From: Nitrospirota bacterium
GTDB lineage: Bacteria > Nitrospirota > UBA9217
Assembly: GCA_963796285.1 (NCBI GenBank)
Contig: CAWCKW010000001.1
Location: 32,001-96,000 of the forward strand
Reading direction: 5' to 3'
Length of the DNA: 64,000 nt
In this document: one piece after another, positions 51,665-61,140 of the stretch
Numbering within the stretch: position 1 is the stretch's first letter
Layout: every line of letters begins with the position of its first letter
Made by a program: the position numbers and the translations under genes
Notes under the pieces: model-generated
Databases searched by the model: none
Seen by the model: the letters and a program-made list of their open reading frames with translations, nothing else
Told to the model about the DNA's origin: nothing

Positions 51665-52122
51665 TTTGACAGGAGAACAGGATAAAATCTGATAATGCTA
51701 CTTCAATCGCCTGAGCTTGCGCTTGATTTCGACTTTATCTTCACCAAAGTTAATGAGAAGTCCGATAGGTTTCCCTGTCGCAACGAGATAATTCACTAAT
51801 TGAACTTCGTGTACCTTGACAAGCTGCTTTATGGCCTTCAGTTCGAGAATAACCGTATCGTTTACAATAAGGTCTGCAATAAAATCGCCGACGAGTTCGC
51901 CGTCATAATATACTTGTATGGTTTTTGAGTCTCGACCTTTAACGCTGCTTTTCGTAATTCAATAACCAAGCATTTCTCATAAACGCTTTCAAGAAATCCT
52001 GCACCCATTTTATTATAAACGCGATATGCACAGGCAATGATTTTTTCAGTCAGTTCTTTGTATTCCAATTGGCCTCCGACAGATTCTCGCTCTTATCCTG
52101 TCAATCCTGTTATCCTGTCAAA
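51665..52122. mobile_element. Inverted-repeat-bounded GxxExxY cassette between nuoH and nuoI
   Basis: TTTGACAGGAGAACAGGAT (51665-51683) vs ATCCTGTTATCCTGTCAAA (52104-52122), 18/19 inverted; extra ATCCTGTCA unit at 52095. Confidence 0.65.
51698..52068 (-). CDS. GxxExxY protein (PD-(D/E)xK nuclease family; apparent frameshift near 51920)
   Basis: GFLESVY; second frame [28 protein letters not shown]...HEVQLVNYL...GLLINFG, TAG at 51700-51698. Confidence 0.88.
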
Positions 52123-52126
52123 GAAC

Positions 52127-53083
52127 TTAACCAGTTTTAATTAGAATAATCCATCCCGTCACCACGAGATTCACCAGCGACAGCGGCAGCATCACCTTCC
52201 ACCCGAAGGACATCAATTGATCATACCTCGGCCGGGGGAGCGATGCCCGGAGCAGGATGAAGAAACAGATGAACACGAATGTCTTTAAGGAAAACCAGAT
52301 CACGGGCGGCAGCAGCGGTCCCAGCCATCCGCCAAAGAACAGCGTTACCGTGAGCGCCGAGATGAGCGTGATCGCCAGATACTCGCCGATAAAGAACATG
52401 CCGAACTTCATTCCCGAATATTCGGAATGGAACCCGGCGACAAGCTCGCTCTCGGCCTCGGGAAGGTCAAAGGGCAGGCGGTGCGTCTCCGCAATACCGG
52501 CGATGAAGAAAACGACGAACCCGATGAACTGCGGTAGGATGAACCATCCGCCTTGCTGCGCCTCAACGATCTCGCGCAGGTTGAAGGACCCCGCGAGCAT
52601 TACCACGCCCATGAGCGACAGGCCCATGAAGACCTCGTAGCTCAGCATCTGCGCGACCGAGCGCAGGCCGCCGAGGAGCGAATACTTGCTGTTCGATGCC
52701 CAGCCCGCCAGGGCCACGCTGTAAACGCCCATGGACGACATGGCGAGGAAGAACAGCAGCCCGATGTTCAGGTCAACGACCTCGATGCCCGGCGCAAAGG
52801 GGATGACGGTAAAGGACATGAGCACGACTACCATGATCACCGCCGGTGCGATAATGAACACGGCCTTGTCCGCAAAAGGCGGGACCCAGTCTTCCTTCGC
52901 GAATATCTTGATCGAGTCCGCCAGCACCTGCAAGAGGCCGAACGGCCCCACCCGGTTCGGGCCATACCGGTCCTGCCACAGCGCCAGGAGCCTGCGCTCG
53001 AGCCAGATCAGCATACTGCCGATGGTAAGCACCACGAAGAGGATGCTGAAGAGAATGATGAGATGTAATATCGTTTCAGTCAT
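52127..53083 (-). CDS. nuoH: NADH-quinone oxidoreductase subunit H
   Basis: [39 protein letters not shown]. Confidence 0.97.
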   Translation of the reverse strand: MTETILHLIILFSILFVVLTIGSMLIWLERRLLALWQDRYGPNRVGPFGLLQVLADSIKIFAKEDWVPPFADKAVFIIAPAVIMVVVLMSFTVIPFAPGIEVVDLNIGLLFFLAMSSMGVYSVALAGWASNSKYSLLGGLRSVAQMLSYEVFMGLSLMGVVMLAGSFNLREIVEAQQGGWFILPQFIGFVVFFIAGIAETHRLPFDLPEAESELVAGFHSEYSGMKFGMFFIGEYLAITLISALTVTLFFGGWLGPLLPPVIWFSLKTFVFICFFILLRASLPRPRYDQLMSFGWKVMLPLSLVNLVVTGWIILIKTG

Positions 53084-53095
53084 GGCTTATCTGAT

Positions 53096-55609
53096 CTATT
53101 CTGAGTGGATCAATTTTGCACGTTCAACGATAGCCGGTGATTGTGCGCTCAATTCTTCTGATCCGAAGATGTTATAAACAGGTATCTCCGCCTGTTTACC
53201 CTTCGTATGATTTAGAGCTTCCGTCGTGAGATTGAAATACACAGGCTGAACTGTTGTTCCCGCCCCAATCAGGCTTTCCCCTATATCACCGCCTTTGAGG
53301 GGCCCGCCCACGTCCTGCTGGAACTTGTTCAAGGCCTGGACGGAATTCCAGCCCGGCGACCAGTAGCGGGTGATCAGCGACGGGGGAGGCTGGTCCTGAT
53401 ATCCCTCCATGGAAAAAGCAAGGGGAGAATCAGCGTCATTCGGCGGCTTTGGTTCATGCAAGCGGATGTTGGCGATCATGGCTGTGCGCCCGCTGTAGCG
53501 GTGCGGCTGGCGAGGGATCTTCTGCCCTTGTATCCTCCAATCAGCGGATGGCGCACTACTCACGGCAGGTCCGAATACCGGCATTGCAGCTGACATATCT
53601 TTCGCGATGTCATCGAAAGATTGCCATGTTGTCGATTTTCCGATCGTGGCCAGTATATCACGGATCCACTTCCAGCTTTCCTGAATGTCATGGTTCGGTT
53701 TGAATACCTGATAGAACCGCTGTGCCCGGCCTTCATTGTTCATCAAAGTTCCCTGGGCTTCCGCAAAAGTAGCAGCGGGCAGGGCGACATCCGCTTTTGA
53801 TGATGTCGGATTGACCAGGGAGTCAAGCACGATGATGTTCTTTGCATGATCCAATACTTCATCGACGATCTTTGCATCAGCCCTGCGAAAAAGGTCATTT
53901 TCAAGGATGATCATCGTATCGGCCTGACCGTCCCGGATGGATTTGAATGCCTCATCCAGGTTCTTACCCTTCATGAGAGCGAGTCCCATGGTATTACATT
54001 CCAGGACCGTGTAACAGAGGCCGGCCTGCTTCCCAATCGAGCAAAGGGCCCATGCAATATTGGCGGCTGCCTCAATGATCGCCTGGCTCATGCATCCGGT
54101 GCCGCTCACGATAACTGGACGCTTTGCATTCTTGAGCGCCGCTGCTATTTCCTTTGCTAGCGCTCTGACATCGGGTGATTGGTCTGGAACCGCGGGAACA
54201 TGCTGATCCAATTCATTTGCCACCGCAATACCGAGCCCTGCGATGTCGGCGGCCGAAGCCTGGTAGGTTTTTGTTGCAACATCATCCAACTTCGACTTTG
54301 AACCGGACGCTATGTAGATCGGTGTTTCTGAATTCTGTCCCGCGTTCCTGACCGCATTATCGTCCCAGCCGGGTATCTTCATAGCTGCCGCTGTCTCGCG
54401 TTGCTTGTTCTGAGCTGACTGACGGATCGAGAGCGCGAGCATCGGGGCTGTGTTGGTCACATCTTCACCGAGAACAAAAACCGCATCCGCAGACTCGATC
54501 TCATGCAGGGAAGGCGTGCGCGCAGGACCTTTTTGAAGAATGTCTACGATAGACCCCATGAGCGTGTGTTCCTGGCCGGACAGGCCTGAGCAGAAGTTGT
54601 CAGGACCGACAAGGGTGCGAAGGGCAAAGTTCGATTCAAGCGACGCACGGGGCGATCCGATGCCGATCATGACTTTGTTTTGGGACAGCATCTTCTTGAT
54701 CCTGCTGATCGCTGCGGTCTTGTCCGCAGGTGCCTGGCCTTCCTGTGCAGTTGCTTTAAGCAGCGCTTTTCTGATTCTGCGCCCGCTGTTCACGAATTCA
54801 TATCCAAACCTGCCGCGGTCGCAGAGGAAATAACCGTTGATCTCATAATTGTAGCGGTTCAATATTCTGCGGAGGGTGCCGTACCGTTCACCGGGAATCG
54901 TGTTGCAGCCGATGCCGCAATGAACGCAGATCGACGGCGCGGTCTGAAGGTCCCATTTTCGAGTAAAGTGCTGTTTGAGCGTTTTATCCGTAAAAACCCC
55001 GGTGGGGCAGACTTCGACCAGGTTCCCGCTGAACACGTTTTCGAGCGCGCCCTCTTCATGCCTGCCGAAATAGACGTTATCATGGGACGCGAATACAGAA
55101 AAGTCGCGGCCACCCGCATAATTACGATAGAACCTGACACAGCGATAGCATTGGATGCACCGGTTCATTTCATGATTGATGAAAGGGCCGAGGTCCTGGT
55201 TCCGTTGAGTGCGTTTTTTGAACCGCGTCCGCCGGTAAGTATGGCCGGTCATGACCGTCATGTCCTGAAGGTGACATTCGCCGCCCTCGTCGCAGACCGG
55301 ACAATCATGGGGATGGTTCAACATGAGCCATTCGATCACGCTCGACCTGAAGGCCCGAGCATCGGCATCGTCAATAGATAATCGCATTCCCTCGGCAACC
55401 GGTGTCATGCAGGACATGGTGATCCTGCCGCGCGTATCCTTGTCATCCTTGAACAGTTTGACAGCGCATTGACGGCATGCGCCCACAGAGTGCAGGGCAG
55501 GGTGCCAGCAGAAGTAGGGGAGATCGAACCCCAGCGAGAGGCAGGCCTGGAGGAGGTTCTGGCCTTCTTTGACTTGATGGGGTTTATTGTCTATATAGAT
55601 CGTAAACAT
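53096..55609 (-). CDS. nuoG: NADH-quinone oxidoreductase subunit G (long form with N7-type motif)
   Basis: PYFCWHP, CRQC, HPHDCPVCDEGGECHLQD, CIQCYRC, CVHCGIGC. Confidence 0.96.
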   Translation of the reverse strand: MFTIYIDNKPHQVKEGQNLLQACLSLGFDLPYFCWHPALHSVGACRQCAVKLFKDDKDTRGRITMSCMTPVAEGMRLSIDDADARAFRSSVIEWLMLNHPHDCPVCDEGGECHLQDMTVMTGHTYRRTRFKKRTQRNQDLGPFINHEMNRCIQCYRCVRFYRNYAGGRDFSVFASHDNVYFGRHEEGALENVFSGNLVEVCPTGVFTDKTLKQHFTRKWDLQTAPSICVHCGIGCNTIPGERYGTLRRILNRYNYEINGYFLCDRGRFGYEFVNSGRRIRKALLKATAQEGQAPADKTAAISRIKKMLSQNKVMIGIGSPRASLESNFALRTLVGPDNFCSGLSGQEHTLMGSIVDILQKGPARTPSLHEIESADAVFVLGEDVTNTAPMLALSIRQSAQNKQRETAAAMKIPGWDDNAVRNAGQNSETPIYIASGSKSKLDDVATKTYQASAADIAGLGIAVANELDQHVPAVPDQSPDVRALAKEIAAALKNAKRPVIVSGTGCMSQAIIEAAANIAWALCSIGKQAGLCYTVLECNTMGLALMKGKNLDEAFKSIRDGQADTMIILENDLFRRADAKIVDEVLDHAKNIIVLDSLVNPTSSKADVALPAATFAEAQGTLMNNEGRAQRFYQVFKPNHDIQESWKWIRDILATIGKSTTWQSFDDIAKDMSAAMPVFGPAVSSAPSADWRIQGQKIPRQPHRYSGRTAMIANIRLHEPKPPNDADSPLAFSMEGYQDQPPPSLITRYWSPGWNSVQALNKFQQDVGGPLKGGDIGESLIGAGTTVQPVYFNLTTEALNHTKGKQAEIPVYNIFGSEELSAQSPAIVERAKLIHSE

Positions 55610-55631
55610 ATTTTCTCTGATTGCTGATCAT

Positions 55632-56903
55632 CTAGTGCCATGGGCATTTCTTATCCTGTATGTGTTTCGCAAAGTCTTCGCGGAAGTACTTGAGCGCGCT
55701 TTGGAGCGGCTCAACGGCGCCCGGCGCAAGAGCGCAGTAGGTATTGCCGGGACCGAGCAGCCTGCATTGCTGCGCCAGCAGATCGATGTCGCCTGGCTCT
55801 CCCCCTCCGGTCTCGATCGCATGGAGAATCTTCTCTATCCACGGGAGGCCTTCGCGGCAGGGCGTGCACCAGCCGCAGGATTCCCGTCTGAAAAAGACTT
55901 CAAGGTTGTGGACAAACCCGACAGGGCAGGTCTTGTCGTCGAGCACGATCATGGTGCCGGTGCCCATGCGGCTGCCGGCTTTCATGACCGAGTCGAAGTC
56001 CATCTTGATATCCAGATGTTCTGCAACCAGAAAGTCGGTTGAAGCACCTCCGGGGATCAAGCCGCGGAACTGATAGCCGTCCAGCATGCCGCCCGCGTGC
56101 TCCTCAAGCAGCTCCCGGATGGTCATGCCCATGGGCAGTTCCCATGCCCCGGGCTTCCTTACCCTGCCGCTGACACCGTACAACTTGGTCCCGCCGTCAG
56201 GGCTTGAGCTCAAACCCTTGAACCAATCAGGTCCGTTGTTCACGATATGAGGTATGTTCGCGATAGTTTCCGCATTGTTCACGATCGTGGGTCTGCCGAA
56301 GAGGCCGCAGACCTGGGGGAAGGGCGGCTTCGCTCTCGGCGTGGCACGTTTCCCTTCAAGGGCGTTCAAAAGCGCGGTCTCCTCGCCGCAGATATAGCGG
56401 CCCGCACTCGCATGGATGCGGAGGTCGAGATTGAAGCCAGAGCCGAGGATATTCGTGCCGAGATAGTTGTGCTCATAAGCTTCGGCAATGGCCGCTTCAA
56501 GCCGATGCGCCGCCAGTTTGTATGCCCAGCGGATGAAGATGAATGCCTGCTGCGCTTCAATGGCATAGGCGCTGGTGATCACACCCTCGATGATCTGGTG
56601 GGGGTCGCCTTCAAGCAACATCCGGTCCTTGAATGTTCCCGGCTCCATCTCGTCGGCATTCACGACCAGATATTTAGGGCGCGGCGCGTCTTTTCCCATG
56701 GGAACGAAGCTCCACTTTGCGCCCGTAGGAAAACCAGCTCCTCCGCGGCCGCGCAGGTTCGATGCCTTGACGATGTTCTGGACATCCTGCGGAGACATCG
56801 CAAGCGCTTTGCGCACAGACTGGTAGCCGCCGGTTTTCTCGTAGTCTTTCAGAGAAAGCGGCTCCTGGCCAGCGCGTATGTTTTTTGTGAGTGGTCGTTC
56901 CAT
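55632..56903 (-). CDS. nuoF: NADH-quinone oxidoreductase subunit F
   Basis: LRGRGGAGF, NADEMEPGTFKDR, YICGEETAL, ESCGWCTPCREG. Confidence 0.97.
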   Translation of the reverse strand: MERPLTKNIRAGQEPLSLKDYEKTGGYQSVRKALAMSPQDVQNIVKASNLRGRGGAGFPTGAKWSFVPMGKDAPRPKYLVVNADEMEPGTFKDRMLLEGDPHQIIEGVITSAYAIEAQQAFIFIRWAYKLAAHRLEAAIAEAYEHNYLGTNILGSGFNLDLRIHASAGRYICGEETALLNALEGKRATPRAKPPFPQVCGLFGRPTIVNNAETIANIPHIVNNGPDWFKGLSSSPDGGTKLYGVSGRVRKPGAWELPMGMTIRELLEEHAGGMLDGYQFRGLIPGGASTDFLVAEHLDIKMDFDSVMKAGSRMGTGTMIVLDDKTCPVGFVHNLEVFFRRESCGWCTPCREGLPWIEKILHAIETGGGEPGDIDLLAQQCRLLGPGNTYCALAPGAVEPLQSALKYFREDFAKHIQDKKCPWH

Positions 56904-56917
56904 GGTACTTTATTTGA

Positions 56918-57382
56918 CTATGGGTAATTCTCCAGGATCTTTTCCATCATCTCCGGGGTCACGGGCCCGTACAAGTCCTCACCAACCATCATGGCCGGGG
57001 CGCGGTCGCAGGCGCCGAGGCAGGAGATGGGGAGGAGTGTGAAACGCTCGTCCTCTGTCGTTTCTCCGAATCGAATGCCGTGGGTCGTCTTCAGAAGTTG
57101 CAACAGCGGATTGTAGCCCATGACCCAGCAACTGATGCTGTCACATATCAGGATCACGTGCCTGCCCACTGGCTTCCGAAAAATAAAACTGTAAAATGTC
57201 GCAACTGCATCCAACTCATCGGGCGTCATCTCGAGCATTCGCGCAACTTCCTTGAGGCTCTCATCCGATACCCAGCCTTGGTGGCGCTGTACGATGTTCA
57301 GCGCTTCAATTGAAGCTGACTGCTTCGTCACGCAGTGTGCCAGTTCAACGTTGATTTTCTGTATTTCGATTTCGCTCAGCAT
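56918..57382 (-). CDS. nuoE: NADH-quinone oxidoreductase subunit E
   Basis: VATFY, CDSISC, CLGACDRAP. Confidence 0.96.
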   Translation of the reverse strand: MLSEIEIQKINVELAHCVTKQSASIEALNIVQRHQGWVSDESLKEVARMLEMTPDELDAVATFYSFIFRKPVGRHVILICDSISCWVMGYNPLLQLLKTTHGIRFGETTEDERFTLLPISCLGACDRAPAMMVGEDLYGPVTPEMMEKILENYP

Positions 57383-57388
57383 TTCAAT

Positions 57389-57781
57389 TTACCTCCTCTC
57401 CCCGAGGGGAGAGGATAGAGGTGAGGGGGTGTGTTGTCTTTGTTCTATTGCTCTCAAAATTGCTTCGTATATTCCTTCTTTGTTTAGCAATATATCCCTA
57501 TTGTTGAATCTGATAATATGTATGCCCCGCGCTGACAGCGCCTTTTCTCTCTCTGCGTCATGCGTCGCGCCCTTATTTTCATAATGCTGGCCGCCGTCTG
57601 CTTCAATGGCAATTTGCAATTCAGGTGCATAGAAGTCCAGGATGTATTTGTCGATAGAAAACTGTCGTCTGAATTTAATACGAGCCAATCGTCGATCGCG
57701 TAAGAGCGACCAAAGATTTCTTTCCGCGTCAGTTTGATTTCTGCGAAGTTCTCTGCTTCTCGGTATATTGGGTCGTTTCAA
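57389..57781 (-). CDS. DUF559 (Vsr-like) endonuclease between nuoCD and nuoE
   Basis: LRRNQTDAERNLW, KFRRQFSIDKYILDFY, IEADGGQH, IIRFNN. Confidence 0.92.
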   Translation of the reverse strand: MKRPNIPRSRELRRNQTDAERNLWSLLRDRRLARIKFRRQFSIDKYILDFYAPELQIAIEADGGQHYENKGATHDAEREKALSARGIHIIRFNNRDILLNKEGIYEAILRAIEQRQHTPSPLSSPLGERR

Positions 57782-57821
57782 CTTCCCCCCTCACCCCAGC
57801 CCTCTCCCCACAGGGAGAGGG
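57394..57821. mobile_element. Inverted-repeat-bounded DUF559 cassette 2
   Basis: TCCTCTCCC-CGAG-GGGAGAGGA-TAGAGGTGAGGGG (57394-57428) opposes CCCCTCACCCCAG-CCCTCTCCC-CACA-GGGAGAGGG (57787-57821). Confidence 0.7.
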
Positions 57822-57831
57822 AGAATTCTAA

Positions 57832-59581
57832 TCATCTATCCAAATCCGCCAGAATAAAATCAATGCTCCCGATGATCGCCACAAGGTCGGCGATCATCAG
57901 CCCCTTGCTGATCTTCGGCACCATCTGCATATGGGCGAACGAAGGGGTCCTGATGCGGGTACGGTAGGACATGGTATTGCCGTCGCTGATGAGATAGTAT
58001 CCGTTGTTCCCCTTGGTCGCCTCGATGCCCATGAACGCCTCGCCGGCAGGTATCACCGGTCCCCAACTGACGCCGAGGAAGTGGTTGATGAGCGTCTCGA
58101 TGTCATGCATGGTGCGTTCCTTGCGGGGCGGCGTCGTGAGCGGATGGTCTGATTTGTATCCGCCTTCAGGCATGTTGTTCACGCACTGTTCGATAATGCG
58201 CAGGCTCTGTCGTATTTCCTCGACGCGCACGACCCCGCGGTCGTAGCAGTCGCCATGGGTTGCCGTGGGGATATCGAACTCGAAGTTCTCATAGCCGGAA
58301 TACGGCCGCTTCTTTCTAAAGTCCCAATCGAATCCGCAGGCGCGGAGACCGGGACCGGTCACTCCCCAGTCGATGGCCTCGTCCTTGGTATAGATGCCGA
58401 CACCCTTGGTGCGGGCCTTGAATATCCTGTTCCGCATCACGATCGTGTCGTATTCCTTGAGCCGGGGAGGCAGGTATTTGAGAAAGTCGCGCACGAGCCT
58501 GTCCCATCCCTTCGGCAGGTCCATGGCCACGCCGCCGATCCGGAACCACGCAGGATGCATGCGTCCGCCGCAGATCGCCTCGACGATATCGAAGATACGC
58601 TCGCGGTCCGTGAACATATAGAACACCGGCGACAGCGCGCCCACGTCCTGGGCAAAGGTGCCGTACCAGACAAGATGGCTCGCGATGCGGAAGAGCTCGG
58701 CCATCATCACGCGGATGGTCTTTGCCCGGTCAGGCACCTCGATGCCCGCGAGCTTTTCGACCGCAAGGCAGTAAGCCATATTGTTCATAACGCCGCCAAG
58801 GTAGTCGACGCGGTCGGTGTAGGGGATATAGGTGTGCCAGGACTGGCGTTCGGCCATCTTTTCAGCGCCGCGGTGGTGATAGCCGATGTCGAGCACGGCG
58901 TCGGCGATCTCCTCGCCATCGAGCTGTAGGACGATGCGTAACAGTCCATGGGTGCCGGGGTGCTGTGGCCCGAGGTTCAGGAACATGAAGTCCGAGTCTT
59001 CAGAAACGCGTTTCAATCCCCAATCTTCGGGTCTGAACTTGAGCGCGGCCTGCTCTTTTTCTTCTTTTTCATCAGACAGCTCGAACGGGCCCATCTCGGT
59101 GGCCCGCGCAGGGTGGTCCTTGCGAAGGGGATGGCCGTTCCAGGTCGGAGGCATCAGGATCCTTTTCAAGTGCGGGTGGCCGTCGAACGTTATCCCGAAG
59201 AGGTCCCAAACCTCGCGCTCGTACCAATTGGCTGACTGCCAGAGGTTGGTGATCGTGGGGAATGACGGCGGATTATTCCGTGAGCGGCACCTTGATGCGG
59301 ATGTCCTCATTCCGGTCAAAGGAAAGGAGATGATATACGACCGTGAATTCACTCGCCGGCTGGTCCTGGCGATGATTGCGAACGCGCTCATCGATGGCCG
59401 TAAGGTCGTAGAGCATCTTATAGGGACGGTCGACACCTGTCTTAAGATGTCTCAAAACATCGTTGACCTTGTCGTGTGACACCCAGAGTGTGGGGATCTC
59501 ATCGCGCGTGGTCTGTTCGGCGAGAATGGAGTCGCCGAAGGTTGTTTTGAGGTCAGTGATGATGGGGTTGTTTGAGGGCAT
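57832..59581 (-). CDS. nuoC: NADH-quinone oxidoreductase fused subunit C/D (apparent frameshift near 59278)
   Basis: [49 protein letters not shown]. Confidence 0.95.
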
Positions 59582-59590
59582 AGGGTGAAT

Positions 59591-59835
59591 GCAAATGTCA
59601 AATTACAAAGCTCAGAGTTTAAAGGAATGTCAAAACGTCAATGTTTAATTTGATTATTTTGAGTCTGTATTTAATATCCTTTTTCGTCATGCCGGACTTG
59701 ATCCGGCATCCAGCGGTTTTATGAAAAGACTGGATTCCTGCCGCCGCAGGAATGACGAGCTTGAGAGAAACAGCAATGAAAATGCAAACTATATTTTGTA
59801 GTTTGATTTGTACTTTAGATTTTGAAATCTGAGCT
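59591..59835. repeat. Opposed heptamer arrays with nested CGTC-type REP doublet between nuoB and nuoC
   Basis: TCAAA(T/G)-type heptamers on the left, TTTGA-type on the right; CGTCATGCCGGACTTGATCCGGCATCCAG (59685-59713) and CTGGATTCCTGCCGCCGCAGGAATGACG (59730-59757). Confidence 0.7.
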
Positions 59836-59842
59836 TATTCCG

Positions 59843-60457
59843 CTACACTTCATCGGGCGATCTCAGGACCGTGGCCTTTTGCCGCTCTTCCCGTTTCAGG
59901 TCCCGCATGCACGGTTTCTCCGGCCGCACGATGCCCTGCGGCCCGGCGATCCAGCTCAAGGGCCTGCGTTCTTTGCCGACCTGCTCACGCAGCATCAGCA
60001 GACCTTCCATAAAGGCCTCGGGCCGGGGAGGACAACCGGGCACGTACACGTCAACGGGCATGAACTTGTCCACGCCCTGGACCACGCTGTAGATGTCGTA
60101 CATGCCGCCGGAGTTGGCGCAGGAACCCATGGAGATGACCCATCGCGGCGCCATCATCTGTTCATAGAGCCGCTTGATGATCGGCGCCACCTTGATGAAC
60201 ACCGTACCGGCAACGATCATCATGTCCGCCTCTCGCGGCGTTCCGCGGATCACCTCCGCGCCGAAGCGCGCAATATCGTACTTGCTCGTCAGACTCGTGG
60301 CCATTTCAACATAGCAGCAGGAGAGGCCGAAGTTGAACGGCCAGATGGAGTTCTTCCTCCCCCAGGCGAGCATGTCCTGCATCGTCGTGAGGATCACGCT
60401 TTGGCGCATCGCGTCTTCCGCGGAACCGTGGTCAGGTCTGGTTAAAGAATAGTTCAT
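59843..60457 (-). CDS. nuoB: NADH-quinone oxidoreductase subunit B
   Basis: [34 protein letters not shown]. Confidence 0.97.
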   Translation of the reverse strand: MNYSLTRPDHGSAEDAMRQSVILTTMQDMLAWGRKNSIWPFNFGLSCCYVEMATSLTSKYDIARFGAEVIRGTPREADMMIVAGTVFIKVAPIIKRLYEQMMAPRWVISMGSCANSGGMYDIYSVVQGVDKFMPVDVYVPGCPPRPEAFMEGLLMLREQVGKERRPLSWIAGPQGIVRPEKPCMRDLKREERQKATVLRSPDEV

Positions 60458-60473
60458 GAAGCCTTTCGGAAAG

Positions 60474-60588
60474 TTCAAATGTCAAAATTCAAAGTTTAAA
60501 TCAATCCTTAACCAAAAAAATTCAAATTTCACGCTTGTTGTTTTTTTTATTTCGAACGTTGATCTTTGAACTTTGAAATTGATTTTGC
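60474..60588. repeat. Opposed heptamer arrays at the nuoA/nuoB junction
   Basis: TTCAAAT-GTCAAAA-TTCAAAG-TTTAAAT versus TTGATCT-TTGAACT-TTGAAAT. Confidence 0.65.
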
Positions 60589-60966
60589 AAATGTTCCCCA
60601 CTCCAGTGCGCCGATCCGCCAGAGATAGACGAGCGTGGCAGTCAGGACACCGATGAAGACCAGCATCTCCCCATAGCCCAACCATCCATTCTCCCTGATG
60701 GACACTGCCCAGGCAAAGATGAACACGGCCTCGAGATCGAAGATGACGAAGAACATGGCGATGAGGTAGAATTTGATGTCAAAGCGCACCCGTGCCGTGC
60801 CGGTGGACACGATCCCCGACTCATAGGGCTCATCGGTCTGTTTTTCCCGGTGCCGTTCGCCGAGGAGCGAGGAGAGGACGATGATGATCGATACGAGGAC
60901 GATGACTGCGAGGAAATACACGCCGAGCGGCCAGAGCGCGGTTGTGTCTGCTGTTGGTTGCGTCAT
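60547..60966 (-). CDS. nuoA: NADH-quinone oxidoreductase subunit A
   Basis: PYESG, KFYLIAMFFVIFDLE, YLWRIGALEW. Confidence 0.96.
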   Translation of the reverse strand: MTQPTADTTALWPLGVYFLAVIVLVSIIIVLSSLLGERHREKQTDEPYESGIVSTGTARVRFDIKFYLIAMFFVIFDLEAVFIFAWAVSIRENGWLGYGEMLVFIGVLTATLVYLWRIGALEWGTFAKSISKFKDQRSK

Positions 60967-60972
60967 GTGCAA

Positions 60973-61000
60973 AGAATAGCACAGAGGGGGATAAAGTCAA
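60973..61000 (-). promoter_or_regulatory. Putative sigma70 promoter of nuo operon (possibly leaderless)
   Basis: TTGACT-16 nt-TATTCT with TG extension, 6 nt before the nuoA ATG. Confidence 0.5.
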
Positions 61001-61103
61001 GCAGGAGATGACTGCAAACAGGTGACACTGCTCGACGCTGGAATATAGGATGCGCATGCGGGGCAAGTCATACGTGGTGCTTCATTTGTTATCAGCGGGG
61101 AAC

Positions 61104-61130
61104 AAAAAAAGCGGGGCATCTCTGCCCCGC
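61104..61130 (-). terminator. Intrinsic terminator after octaheme cytochrome
   Basis: Minus strand GCGGGGCA-GAGA-TGCCCCGC then T7. Confidence 0.85.
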
Positions 61131-61140
61131 CACAGTGTTT

